In this document: piece by piece, positions 63,701 to 64,000 of the stretch
Layout of the letters: each line of letters begins with the position of its first letter
How positions within the stretch are numbered: the stretch's first letter is position 1
NCBI GenBank assembly: GCA_032718475.1
Contig: JAUCBJ010006468.1
Location: forward strand, 1-64,000
DNA: 64,000 bases
Reading direction: 5' to 3'
Source: Nemertoderma westbladi
Taxonomy: Eukaryota > Animalia > Xenacoelomorpha
Position numbers and translations under genes: made by a program
The notes under the pieces: generated by a model
Database searches by the model: none
What the model was told of the DNA's origin: nothing
Seen by the model: only the letters and a program-made list of their open reading frames with translations

Positions 63701-64000
63701 TGCAAAGGAAAGTATACCCTCGGTATGGTATAGTCTTGTAGGAACGTCAGTTGGGCTTCCCAGTCCCTCCATCACTCAGCTAACTTTTCTGGGATGGGAT
63801 CGTCCCATTCCAGTCCGGCTTGCCAAATGCTGCGGAGTATGATCCTAGCATGCAGGATCACTGGACTAATGAAACACAATGGGTCATACAATCGACTCAT
63901 AGTCGATAAGCAAGTCCTCTTAGTGAGAGGTCTAGTCTGGTCGTTGGACCTTACACGTACCCTAAAATTGTCGGTGTTAGGGTCCCAACTAAGTCCTAAT
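60778..64000 (-). pseudogene. pol: Element E pol 3' part (RT end, RNase H, integrase); in-frame TGA at 63772-63774
   Basis: ELHSFSDAS, VPRGELQA, NPADIASRG, HHCC, GIDCFGP, YCDQGTNFVG, GGVWERLIG, GVVRTVTV. BEL-like sequence continues in frame upstream of the stop. Confidence 0.93.

Larger units (their letters stand above)
51614..64000 (-). mobile_element. BEL/Pao LTR retrotransposon E (3' part; continues beyond window)
   Basis: pol RNase H-integrase at 60778-64000, co-oriented accessory ORFs and an LTR-like end at 51614. Confidence 0.8.

Overview
Repeat-dense eukaryotic (probably invertebrate metazoan) DNA with no prokaryotic features. Most of the window is nested BEL/Pao LTR retrotransposons. 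Element A (6623-26057, + strand, TSD ATAAC) holds element B (7053-21483, - strand, TSD GACCG) in its 5' LTR, and B holds a solo LTR and an RTE LINE. Element D (32977-47701, - strand, TSD GTTGT) sits in a foldback element, inside an RTE, inside the 18-kb intron of a host gene. That gene encodes a secreted protein with three tandem Cys-rich domains. Element E (about 51614 to beyond the window end, - strand) follows. Main observation: the unrelated elements D and E carry, downstream of pol, a homologous extra gene for a WRN/RNase D-like (DEDD) 3'-5' exonuclease followed by CCHC zinc knuckles. In E this reassembles into one ~1050-aa ORF once a 1.75-kb DNA transposon is removed, and the region is studded with a 20-bp palindrome. 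Also present are a hammerhead-ribozyme mini-element inserted in the D integrase, ATGA-coupled accessory ORFs, tRNA-like sequences and several micro/minisatellites. All calls are by eye; no alignments or database searches were run.
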